64,000 nucleotides of DNA. Origin: Planctomycetota bacterium (GTDB lineage: Bacteria > Planctomycetota > Planctomycetia > Pirellulales > Lacipirellulaceae). Positions 39,251 through 48,655 of this stretch are shown here, piece after piece. The stretch covers positions 85,620 through 149,619 of the forward strand of contig JBCCXZ010000001.1 of NCBI GenBank assembly GCA_039190745.1. The letters run 5' to 3'. The translations under genes were made by a program, and so were the position numbers. Position 1 is the stretch's first letter. Each line of letters begins with the position of its first letter. The notes beneath the pieces are model-generated. The model saw nothing but the letters and a program-made list of their open reading frames with translations. It had not been told where the DNA came from and made no database searches.

Positions 39251-39345
39251 CTGCTCTGCTTCGTTCTAAGCGTTTAACCAGACGCGATGCCCCCGCCAGC
39301 CCGGCGGCGGAGCCTCCCCCGCCGAGCAGCTTACCCGCGGCCGCC

Positions 39346-40983
39346 TCAAGTCTCCTGGGGCGGCGTCTGCTGCAAGGGGGCGCCGTTCTCGGGGACATTC
39401 GCGGCCGCTTCGGCGATCTTGGAACTTTTATCGCCTTCTCCGGCAAGTTTTGCCAGCGCTTCCGGGATCTCGACCCCGCCGATGTCCCGCATCACCTGCA
39501 TCATGGGGGGCAGCGTGCCGGCCATGCCGTGCAGGAAGTCGGCCGTGTTGGTGCGTCCGTCCTTGCCGCCGCCGTTCTCCCAGACGACGACCTTGTCGAA
39601 CTTGATGTTCGAGATCGCCTGGGCCGACGACTCGGCGAGGTTGTCGAGGTGCTCGAGCATCATGAGCTGGAAGGCCTCGGTGGCCCCGCCGCAGGCCTCG
39701 ACGATCTGCTTTAGGCCGTCGCCCTTCTTGGCGAGGATCTCGTACTGACCGCGGGCCTCGGCTTCGAGCTTGGCGTAGATCGCCGCGGCCTGGCCTTCGG
39801 CCTCCAGCCGGCGCTTCTCGGCCTCGGCCTCGGCCTCGACGACGATCTTGGCCTTCTCCGCCTTGGCGGGGGCCTCGAGTTTGGCACGCTGCTCCGCCTC
39901 GACGCGTTGGGCCTCGGCCAGTGCGGCCTTGGCCATCGCGTGGGCCTCCGTCTCCAGCACGGCCGCCTCGGCCTCACGCTTGCGGGACTCGCCCCGTTCG
40001 TAGGCTTCGGACTTCTCGGTGAGCAGCGTCGCCTGCGACTGGGCGACCTTCGCCTCGGCGACGTTCTCGCCGTCGACCGCCGCGGCGTTCGCCTCGGCGA
40101 CCGAGATACGCTTCTCACGCTCGGCGTCTTTCACCTGCATCTCGCGTTGGAACTCGGCCGCACGCTCCCCGACGATCTGCTCTTTGTCGAGCTCCGCCAC
40201 GCGGACGGCCTGCTCGCGGGCGGCCTCGCGGGTGCCGATCTCGCGGAGCTTCGTGGCGTTGGCGACGGAGACTTCCTTCTCGCGATTGGCGTCGGCGACG
40301 CGGATCTCGCCCTGCTTCTCTTCGTCGGCGACGTCGCCGCGGGCCTGCTGGATCGCCTGCGAGGCGGCCTTCTGGCCGATCGCGTCGATGTAGCCCGACT
40401 CGTCGGTGATGTCGGTGATGTTCACGTTGATCAGCACCAGGCCGATCTTTTTCAGCTCCGGCTCGACCGAGCCCTGGATGTGCTGCAGGAAGTTGTCGCG
40501 GTCACGGTTGATGTCCTCGATCCGCATCGAGGCGATCACCTGGCGGAGCTGGCCGAAGATGATCTCCTCGGCCTGCTGGCGGATCTCGTCGGTGGTGAGG
40601 TCCAGCAGGCGGATGGCGGCGTTGGTCATCACCTCCGGCTGCGTGCCGACGGCGACGGTGAACACGCTGGGGACGTTCACACGGATGTTCTCGATGGAGA
40701 GCGCGCCGCGGAGGGAGATCTCGATCTGGATCGGTTCGAGGCTGAGGTAGCGGTAGTCTTGGAACAGGGGCCAGACGAACGAGGCGCCGCCGTGCACGGT
40801 CTTGGCGGCCGAGCCCTTGGCGGTCTTACCGAAGATCACCAGCACCTGGTTGGACGAGCAGCGTTTATAGTTGCTCTTCAGCAAGATTATCGTGGAGAAG
40901 AACGAGATCACGATCAGGCCGGCGAGCACGGCGAGCCAAAACATAGTGGCGCCGGTCACTTCGGCGAGCAGGAGCATCGGCAT
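39346..40983 (-). CDS. Flotillin/SPFH-domain protein
   Basis: N-terminal TM; SPFH (GQLRQVIASMRIEDINRDR); EA-rich coiled coil; IKFDKVVVWE. Confidence 0.92.
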   Translation of the reverse strand: MPMLLLAEVTGATMFWLAVLAGLIVISFFSTIILLKSNYKRCSSNQVLVIFGKTAKGSAAKTVHGGASFVWPLFQDYRYLSLEPIQIEISLRGALSIENIRVNVPSVFTVAVGTQPEVMTNAAIRLLDLTTDEIRQQAEEIIFGQLRQVIASMRIEDINRDRDNFLQHIQGSVEPELKKIGLVLINVNITDITDESGYIDAIGQKAASQAIQQARGDVADEEKQGEIRVADANREKEVSVANATKLREIGTREAAREQAVRVAELDKEQIVGERAAEFQREMQVKDAEREKRISVAEANAAAVDGENVAEAKVAQSQATLLTEKSEAYERGESRKREAEAAVLETEAHAMAKAALAEAQRVEAEQRAKLEAPAKAEKAKIVVEAEAEAEKRRLEAEGQAAAIYAKLEAEARGQYEILAKKGDGLKQIVEACGGATEAFQLMMLEHLDNLAESSAQAISNIKFDKVVVWENGGGKDGRTNTADFLHGMAGTLPPMMQVMRDIGGVEIPEALAKLAGEGDKSSKIAEAAANVPENGAPLQQTPPQET

Positions 40984-41144
40984 CGGTTTATCCCCCGTTG
41001 TTGGTGACGTTCGTTTCGTGTGGGTGTATCGGTGGCGTCGCCCGTCGGAGCGGGCGCGCGGAGTCGCTCCGCAAACATAGCTCGCGTCCGTGCTACCGCG
41101 GGGACCGCCCGAGGCGGCGCGGCCGCTACAACCGCTCCCAGCGG

Positions 41145-41807
41145 TCAGACTTCAGCGACTGATCGGGCCCGGCGGACGCGGAGCGTGTCCGTGCCGACGA
41201 TCTCGACCACTTCGACGGTCTCGCCTGTCTTGAGCGGCTCGGCGTCGTCGGTTACCGCAGCGTACTCGACGATGCGGTTCTGCATTGTGAGCTGGACCTT
41301 CCCCACGCCGCCGTCGCCGGCGGGGACGGGGATGTAGACGGTAGCTTCTTTGCCGCGGGCCAAGCCGATCCGCTGGTTGCCCGAGGAGGTGAGCTTCGAG
41401 ATCGACAGCATCAGCCAGTACATGCCGTACATGGCGGCGAGGCCGACGGCCGAAGCGATCACCAGCGAGACGCCCTGGGCGTAGCCGGCGGAGGTGCAGG
41501 CCTTGCCGGCGATACCGAAGAAGGCGAGCGCCGCGATAATCGTGCGGAACGAGACCACGCCGAACAGCCAGGAGCTTTGGGCGGCTTGGTACTCGGCGTC
41601 GGCGGCGGTGCGGAGCGAGGTGTCGTGGTCGCCGGCGATGTCGACGTCGCCAAAGTCAGCGTCCCCGCCGATGTCTGCGCCGCCGTCGAAATCATCGACG
41701 CCCAGGTCGGAGCCGTCCTCACCCATGCCGAGCAGGGTCATCAGGAATTGGCACACCATGACGGTCCCGCCGATGACCGCCGCGACTAAGAAGATCAAAT
41801 CCAGCAT
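41145..41807 (-). CDS. NfeD-like flotillin partner
   Basis: TM helices plus C-terminal OB-fold (ATVYIPVP..GKVQ..GETVEVVEI); upstream of flotillin. Confidence 0.8.
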   Translation of the reverse strand: MLDLIFLVAAVIGGTVMVCQFLMTLLGMGEDGSDLGVDDFDGGADIGGDADFGDVDIAGDHDTSLRTAADAEYQAAQSSWLFGVVSFRTIIAALAFFGIAGKACTSAGYAQGVSLVIASAVGLAAMYGMYWLMLSISKLTSSGNQRIGLARGKEATVYIPVPAGDGGVGKVQLTMQNRIVEYAAVTDDAEPLKTGETVEVVEIVGTDTLRVRRARSVAEV

Positions 41808-42008
41808 CGATCGCGTCCCCCGTTGACCGCTTGGATAAATCGAACGCCTCCCGCTCCGTGTGACGTTGATTGTAGCGTGCTCGCCGCGTTCCTTGCGCAG
41901 AAACCCGGCGGCGGGAGCGGTGTTCTGTGTGAGTTTGGTTCGCTGGTACTTCGCCGGAGCGGGCGGGATCTTGCCCGGAATCCCAACCGGGAATTGCCCT
42001 GTTTACAG

Positions 42009-42887
42009 CTATTCCGATTGTGCCAGAGAGGCGACGTGTCTCAGTAGTAGCGCCGCCACGTCGACGCCGGTCGCCCGGGCAAGCCGCTGCCAGCCGGGGC
42101 AGGCGTTGACTTCGATCGCGAAGAGGGCTCCGTCGGCCGCGGGCAGCAGGTCGACGCCGGCGACCGTGGCGCCCACCGCCGCGGCGGCCTGCTGGGCGAG
42201 CATGGCCAGCTCGGCCGTCACTTCGAGCGGCGTGCAGACGGCGCCGCGGCTGGCGTTCGTGCGCCAGTCTCCCGGGTTGGCGCGCTGCATCCCGAGCACA
42301 CGGTCGCCAATCACCAAGAGCCGCAGGTCGCGCCCGCCGTGGTCGATGAACTCCTGCAGGTAGAGCACCGAGCCGACCTGCTCCAGCGCCCGGAACACAC
42401 GCTCGGCGACGGCTTCGTCGGTCACGCGGGTGATGCCGCGGCCCTCAGCTCCGAAGACGGGCTTTACCACGGCGTCGCCGCCCAGATCACGGAAGGCAAT
42501 CAGCGCGTCGTCGGTCGTCTGGCAGCACGCCGTCCGCGGCACGGCGAGCCCCGCGGCCTGCAGGCGGGCGGTCGCGAGGTATTTGTCGACGGCCGCCTCG
42601 ATGGTCTTGGCCGGGTTGACGACCGCCACGCCGGCGGCTTCCAGTTGGGCCAGCGCGTCCATGCGGAAGACGACCTGCTCGAGGCTCCCCGGCGGCATCG
42701 CGCGGACGATCACCGCGTCGAGGTCATCCAAATCGTGCTCGCCCGAAGAGACGCGGGCGCCGGGCGGCTCAACGGTCGATCGGAGGCGCGTATAAGCCAG
42801 CGGCACGATCTCGTGAGCTTCGCCAGCAGCCCGTACCAGGTCGCCCAGGTGCCAACCGCCGTTTGCTCCGAGGACGCCGATGCGCAT
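42009..42887 (-). CDS. RimK-family ATP-grasp glutamate ligase (Orf5/MptN-like)
   Basis: GSLEQVVFRMDAL, DKYLAT, VVKPVFGAEGRG, DWRTNASRG, IEVNACPGW; abuts mch. Confidence 0.9.
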   Translation of the reverse strand: MRIGVLGANGGWHLGDLVRAAGEAHEIVPLAYTRLRSTVEPPGARVSSGEHDLDDLDAVIVRAMPPGSLEQVVFRMDALAQLEAAGVAVVNPAKTIEAAVDKYLATARLQAAGLAVPRTACCQTTDDALIAFRDLGGDAVVKPVFGAEGRGITRVTDEAVAERVFRALEQVGSVLYLQEFIDHGGRDLRLLVIGDRVLGMQRANPGDWRTNASRGAVCTPLEVTAELAMLAQQAAAAVGATVAGVDLLPAADGALFAIEVNACPGWQRLARATGVDVAALLLRHVASLAQSE

Positions 42888-43844
42888 CTACGACGCCCCG
42901 CTCACGGAATCGAACGACGCGTCGAGCACTTCGCGGTTCACGCCGCCGAAGCGGAATGCGTTGCCCGTCTCGGCGTTGTGCAGAGCGATCTCCGCGGGGC
43001 TGAAGAGCAGCGGGTCGATCTTGTAGAAGTCGTGGTCGTAGGCGCGGAGCACCTCGGCGAACGGGCGGCCGTAGTCGGCCGAGGCGGAGCTCGGGACGCG
43101 GGGGCCGATTGCTTTGAGCGAGGCGTCGTCGCCCCGGACGGTGAGCGTCACTTGTCCGCCGTAGAGGATCGCGTCGTTGGTGACGCCGATCGCGGCGAGG
43201 TCGTCGCCGGCGACCGGCGGCATCGGCGCTGTGCCGCGGCCGGATTGGATGCGCTCGAGGTCGAAGCCAAGCTCGTGCAGCTTGTGCAGTGCGGTCTCGA
43301 CGCTGCGGGCGGCGATCTGCACCGTGCCCGCCGGGCTGCTGGTGGGCGCCACCAGCAGCGTGAGCCGCTCCGGCGGCACGCAGCACTTCTCGGCGATGCC
43401 GGTGCACACGTCCGAGCCAGGCAGTTTGGCCGACTCGAGTACGCCGACGCAGTGCTCCGCCTGTTCGCGCCGGCCGATGTGGTCGAACAGTTCCTCTCGT
43501 CCGGCGGCGGCACGCATGGGTCCCGAGCCCATCGCAAAGTAGCCCTCGCCTTTCACTTCCCAGCCGGCGTACTGCGACGCCATACAGGCGGCAACGGGAT
43601 CTTCCGTTTCGACCGAGACGGTTGCTTCGTCAGCGGCGACCCTCGCGAGGTCGGCCAGGCAGACGCGTGCGAGCATCACACCAGCGGCGACGCTGCCCGG
43701 AGCGTTGACCCCGAAGTCCCAGAGCGCGGCTCCACCGGCGTTCGACCGGGCGATCCCGAGGCCTTCGGACTCCTGTTCAAGGTTTCGGCAGAGCAACGCC
43801 GCGCGTGCGTTCAGTCCGAGCTGATTAGCGGGGGAGTTGTGCAT
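42888..43844 (-). CDS. mch: Methenyltetrahydromethanopterin cyclohydrolase
   Basis: ACMASQYAGW, FAMGSGPMRA, QIAARSVETALHKLH, TNDAILYGG, DFYKIDPLLFSPA. Confidence 0.95.
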   Translation of the reverse strand: MHNSPANQLGLNARAALLCRNLEQESEGLGIARSNAGGAALWDFGVNAPGSVAAGVMLARVCLADLARVAADEATVSVETEDPVAACMASQYAGWEVKGEGYFAMGSGPMRAAAGREELFDHIGRREQAEHCVGVLESAKLPGSDVCTGIAEKCCVPPERLTLLVAPTSSPAGTVQIAARSVETALHKLHELGFDLERIQSGRGTAPMPPVAGDDLAAIGVTNDAILYGGQVTLTVRGDDASLKAIGPRVPSSASADYGRPFAEVLRAYDHDFYKIDPLLFSPAEIALHNAETGNAFRFGGVNREVLDASFDSVSGAS

Positions 43845-43855
43845 CCTGCGGCGGC

Positions 43856-46078
43856 TCAGCTCTCGGGTTGGGTGTCTGAGGGGGTTTCGGGTGCTTGGCG
43901 GGCCTGCTGCATGCGTTGGTAGATGCCCCGCACGGCCGGGTCCCCCGGTCGGAGCCGCTCCATCTGCCCCAGTGCGTCGACCGCGAGTTGCCACTCGCCC
44001 TCTTGCTCAGCCAGCAAGGCCAGCGCGAGCCAGTTCTCGTAGGCGTCCGGCTCTAGCTTGCACGCCTCCGCCAGGAAGGAGAGCGCTTCTTCGCCACGCT
44101 CCAGCAAGTACAACAGCATACCGAGGCGGTAGCGCGGCTCGGCGTTGTCGGGCAGGATTTTGCAGTCGCGCTTCAGCAGCTCCGCCTCTTCGGTTCTCAG
44201 CTCGCGGATCTCGGAGGAGTCGCCCGACTCTTGCTCAAGCACCCGGGCCAGCTCCCAACGCGGGCCGGTGAGGTAGGGCTCCATGCGGATCGCGTCGCGC
44301 ATGGCTTGAACCGCGTCGTCGGTCCTGCCGAGCGACTGTTAGAGCGCCGCCCGCTGCATGTTGGTGCCGGCGCGGTCGAGGATCACCTCCTGCCCTGTCT
44401 GGTACTCTTCGAGCGCTTCCTGGAGGATCGGCTCGTGCTCGGTGCCCTGCAGCTGCGGGGCGCGCTCCACCAGCCGGCTGGCGGCTGCGAAGCGGACGAG
44501 GCGGGCGCTGTCTCGCAGGTGCCAGGCCGATTCCAGCGCCATCTCGTCGATCGAGCGTTCGGCCGCCGCACGCAACGCCGTGGCCCGCACGAGCGGGCTC
44601 CGCTCGTCGACCGCTTCGCGGCAGAGCTTCTGCGCCTCGGCGTCTGCGATCCGGCCGAGTGCCCGCACCGCGGTGGCGTGGACGATCTCCGGGTAGTCTC
44701 GGCGGAGTACCTCGCGGAGCATCTCCACAGCCTCGGGCTTGCCCTCCCAGCCGGCAGCGAGCGCTGGCGCGTAGTGGGGGTCGTCGGGCCGCTTGTCGCC
44801 GTACCACTCGCGGACTGCTTCGGCCGCCCAGGCGGCGTCCTCCTCGGGCTTGGTGTGGCAGTCGTTGCAGGCGTTGGGCGTGCCCAGCTCCACGCTCAGG
44901 TCGGGCCGCGGGACGCGGAAGCTGTGGTCGCGGCGCCCGTCGACCACCATGTAATGTCTCTCGGGCATGTGGCAGTTGACGCACTGCTGGGCCGCTTCCC
45001 CGGCGCCGGCGTGGTGGTGGTGACCAGCGCCGTCGTACTTCCCGGGTTGGTGGCACTGGGCGCACAGCTGGTTGCCTTCGAACTTTAGCTTGAGCGAGTG
45101 CGGGTTGTGGCAGTCGGTGCACTTCACGTTTTCGTGGTACATCTTGCTCTGCAGGAACGAGCCGTAGACGTACACCTCGTCGAGGATCTGCCCGTCCGCG
45201 TGGTACAGGCCCGGCTCGAGCAGCGACGGCGCGAAGTGATCGAAGAACCGGTTGCCGGCGTGCCAGTCGCCGTGGATGGCCGTCCTCCGAGAGTGGCACG
45301 GGGCGCAGGCTTCGAGCTGCTTGCGGTTGCTCGCGTTCTTCAAGCCGCTCAAGGCGTAGCCGCGGCGGCGGTCCCAGAAGAGCGACCGGCTCTCGGCCAA
45401 TTCGGCGTGCAGGCTCCCCGGGCCGTGGCACGCCTCGCAGCTGACGTCGATTTCCGAGTAGGTGGTGTCATAGGTGTTGGAGGCGAGCGTGAAGTTTTTC
45501 TGTAGGTTGGTCGAGTGGCACTCGGCGCACATGGTGTTCCAGTTTTGTGCAAGGCCCGTCCAGTGCAGGGGGTCGTCTGGCTCCAGTCGCTCGTCGACCG
45601 CGTCGGGCGGCGGCACGTAGAACCATTCGTTGCGGACGGTGTCCCAAGAGACGCGGAGGACTTGCACACGGCCGCCCTCGAGCTCGACCATGTACTGCTG
45701 CAGCGGGTCGACGCCGAACGTGTAGTCGACGCGGTAGTCGTGCATCTCCCCGTCGGGGCCCTCGGTGCGGACCCAGTACTCGGCGCCCTTGCGGTAGAAC
45801 CGGGTGGTGACGCCCAGCCGGGTGAATTCGGCGTTGTCGAAATCGCCCAGCACGGTGTCGTCGGTCGCGAGCTCCATCGCCCGGTCGTGGTGGGATCCGG
45901 CCCAGTCAGAGGCCTCTTGCTGGTGACAGCTGATGCAGCGTTCGCGGCCGACGTAGCCGGCGACCGCCTCCTCGGGGATAGCGACGTACCAGTCGGCCAG
46001 GCAGCCGAGCCCGAAGAGGGCGAGCAGCCCCGCGAAGACGGCGGCCTTGCCGGGGCGTCGGTTGGGGGGCGTGGTCAT
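43856..46078 (-). pseudogene. Octaheme cytochrome c with HEAT and TPR domains, interrupted by an in-frame TAA at 44339-44341
   Basis: 8 CxxCH motifs; frame continues through the stop: QRAAL*QSLGRTDDAVQAMRDAIRMEP into TPRs. Confidence 0.8.
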
Positions 46079-46286
46079 ACGCGGGGCGTCTGAGAGATTA
46101 CTGGCGTCCGAGGCCGGCGGCGGACGATGAATCCCCGGCGGCGGTCCTGTCCAGCATAGCCCGAGGCCGCGGTGCACGCACGGCGTGGCCGGCTGCCCCG
46201 CGGCAGGGCTGGCCACACCGTGGAGCGGGGCGATACAATACGCGGCCCAATTGGCTTAGCGGTTCCTCACCGCTGCAGCCGACGAT

Positions 46287-46360
46287 GGCGGAGTAGCTCA
46301 GTTGGTTAGAGCAGCGGAATCATAATCCGCGTGTCGGGGGTTCGAGTCCCTCCTCCGCTA
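46287..46360 (+). tRNA. tRNA with CAT anticodon, probably elongator Met
   Basis: GGCGGAGTAGCTCAGTTGGTTAGAGCA GCGGA-ATCATAA-TCCGC GTGTCGGGGGTTCGAGTCCCTCCTCCGCTA; lacks initiator GGG/CCC stem. Confidence 0.92.
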
Positions 46361-46366
46361 CTTGCT

Positions 46367-46406
46367 TCTTGTCTGCGACGGCTGGGTCTTGTCTGCGACG
46401 GCTGGG
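46367..46406. repeat. Perfect 20-bp tandem duplication
   Basis: TCTTGTCTGCGACGGCTGGG x2, 6 nt after the tRNA. Confidence 0.9.
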
Positions 46407-46504
46407 CGTCACACGACGCACTTTCTTGTAGCCGCTGCCCGGCTTGGTCAGCAGCAACGCGGCGGGGCTCCCGAGGCGGTTACTTCAAGACCCGCTTGGG
46501 CGGG

Positions 46505-48652
46505 TTATTTGCCGCTCGATCCCCGCAGTTGCCGGAAGAGCCACTCACCGAGGGTTGAGCTCGCGTCGGCGACGCGGACGACTACCCGTCGGCCGCAAGC
46601 AAGCTCCGCGGCCGCGCTGGAGGGCAGCTTGAGCGTGCCCTTGAAGTGAATTTCTAGCAACTCGACCCCTGCAGACTCGGCTGCTTCGGTCGGATCTGCC
46701 GGATGCTCAACCAGCAGTGTGCCGCCGTTTTCCGCCGCGAGTGCGGGGTGCGAGAGTCGCTTTGCGCCGCGGGGCTCTAGTGTACCGCCCGCCAGTGAAG
46801 CCCCTTCGAGTGATCCGAAACCTCCCACGCTCAGCGGCACAAGCAGGGATTCACTTATTCCAGCTCGGTAGCGAACAAGTTCTTGCTCGGGGATCAGAAA
46901 CTCGACGCACTTGGCCGATTCATCGCCAAGTTCCACTACGGCGCTTCCTTGGTCGAGGTAGCGCCCGGTGAGCGAGTCGAGCCCTCTGGATACGACGCGG
47001 CCATTCGTCGGCGATCGAACGGTTAGGGCGTCGGTCTTCCGTTGGAGGTCCAGCCGCTCTGCCTCCAGGGCGGAGTGCCGTTCAAGCTCCGCCTCCAGGC
47101 TCGCCAGCTCGTGGGAGTTTCGGAGCTGCCTGCAACGCAGTTGTGAGGCTTCGAGTTTGAGTTCCACTGCGGCGAGGCCCTGGGAAAGCTCTCGGTTGAC
47201 CAGGGTCACCAGGGGCTGCCCGGCCGCGACCGGTTGGCCGTCGTGAACGTGCACTCGCTCGACAAATCCGGCTACTTCGTTGCGGGCGACGGAGTCGTCT
47301 TGGTAGGCAACGATACCGAGCGTCGCCGTGCCGGTGGGGCTCGGCAGAGTGGCCAGTCCGGCCGTGATCAATGCTGTGGCGGCCACACCGAGCGTTGCGA
47401 ATCGCCAGAGTCCCTGGCGGTCATTTCGGTACTTGCTTCTTAGTTGCTCACAAAGACGCCAAGCTGGGCGGCCGAACCACGTCGTCCCAGCCGTCAGAGC
47501 GAGCACCACGCCGGCTCCCCCCCACAGCCGCGACGCCCCCAGCAGCAGCCCGACGCTGACGAAGACCCGCCACCCGAAGGCCAACACACCGTAAGTTCTC
47601 GCAAACAGCGAAGCGGTCGATGGGCGTGTTGTTCCCGGCGCCGTGCCGAAGAACAGCCGGGCGGCGGCCGACTTGATCCAGCGGTTCCCGTCTGCGTAGA
47701 GGTTTGGCATCTCGAGCAGGTCGGCGAGCAGGTAGTAGCCGTCGAAACGCATGAGGGGGTTGGCGTTAAACAGCACTGTTGTGAGGCTCGCCGCCAGCAC
47801 GACGTTGGCGCTCCACTGATGCAGCAACCCCGGTTCGGTCAAGGCCCACACGAGCGAGGCCGCCGACGCGGACACGAGTTCGGCCTGCATGCCTGCTGCG
47901 GCGACGTGCATGCGTTGCCACTTCGAGCGGAGTCGCCAGCAAGAGGAAACGTCGACATAGGGGAGCGGAAAGAACAGCACCATCAGGACGCCGACTCCGC
48001 CGATCCTGCCCCCGTAGCGTTGGCAGGCGACGGCGTGGGCCAACTCGTGCAGCACCTTCAAGAGCAGCCAGCTAAGGACCAGCAAACACTGATTGAACGG
48101 GCTAAAGACTCCGCTGAGCGAATCATAGAATTCTCCCCGCTTGAACAGGACCAAGACGAATGCCGCTAGACAGGCGACCACGGCGGCGGCGGTTGCCCGG
48201 GGGCTCAACAGCGGCGCCGCATGTCGGCTCAGACTGTCGAGCCACCTGCCGGGGTGGTACCGGGGTGACTGGATGACGAGCGGGTTCCACGGGGTCGCAG
48301 GCTGCGCGGCGTGGGGCTGCTCTTCCGGCTGTGCCGTGTGAATCAAGCCTTGCCCGCGTGCCCACGCCAGGAGCCGTTGGGCTTCGTCCCCGGTGAAAGC
48401 AGGGAGGCCCTTGTCTTCCGCACGCCGGTTCGCAGCGCCGAGGGCTCCGTCTGCGGCTTCGCAACCCAGAGAGGTCAGCAGGGCGTACTCTCTGGGGCCA
48501 ACTCGGTAGAACTTGCGGCGCAGCGGGTCCTCGATAACAAACTCGACCCGTCCTCGCCGACGCTGCGGGCGGAAGACAAGGTCGGCTCGGAGCGACAGCG
48601 GTTCGGCCAAAGCGGTATGGGCGTTTGGCCGGGCTCTTGTGGTTGCGATCAC
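46505..48652 (-). CDS. M50 (site-2) membrane metalloprotease fused to an HlyD/MFP-type domain; PqqD-like N-terminus
   Basis: HELAH, AAAGM, NANPLMRFDGYY; then lipoyl-hairpin-lipoyl (GFVERVHVHDGQPVAAGQPL ... LTVRSPTNGRV). Confidence 0.85.
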   Translation of the reverse strand: MIATTRARPNAHTALAEPLSLRADLVFRPQRRRGRVEFVIEDPLRRKFYRVGPREYALLTSLGCEAADGALGAANRRAEDKGLPAFTGDEAQRLLAWARGQGLIHTAQPEEQPHAAQPATPWNPLVIQSPRYHPGRWLDSLSRHAAPLLSPRATAAAVVACLAAFVLVLFKRGEFYDSLSGVFSPFNQCLLVLSWLLLKVLHELAHAVACQRYGGRIGGVGVLMVLFFPLPYVDVSSCWRLRSKWQRMHVAAAGMQAELVSASAASLVWALTEPGLLHQWSANVVLAASLTTVLFNANPLMRFDGYYLLADLLEMPNLYADGNRWIKSAAARLFFGTAPGTTRPSTASLFARTYGVLAFGWRVFVSVGLLLGASRLWGGAGVVLALTAGTTWFGRPAWRLCEQLRSKYRNDRQGLWRFATLGVAATALITAGLATLPSPTGTATLGIVAYQDDSVARNEVAGFVERVHVHDGQPVAAGQPLVTLVNRELSQGLAAVELKLEASQLRCRQLRNSHELASLEAELERHSALEAERLDLQRKTDALTVRSPTNGRVVSRGLDSLTGRYLDQGSAVVELGDESAKCVEFLIPEQELVRYRAGISESLLVPLSVGGFGSLEGASLAGGTLEPRGAKRLSHPALAAENGGTLLVEHPADPTEAAESAGVELLEIHFKGTLKLPSSAAAELACGRRVVVRVADASSTLGEWLFRQLRGSSGK

Positions 48653-48655
48653 GGC

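Noticed and set aside
7848..44341. Genetic-code reassignment to explain the two in-frame stops
   Set aside because: The two stops differ (TGA, TAA) and both codons end other genes normally
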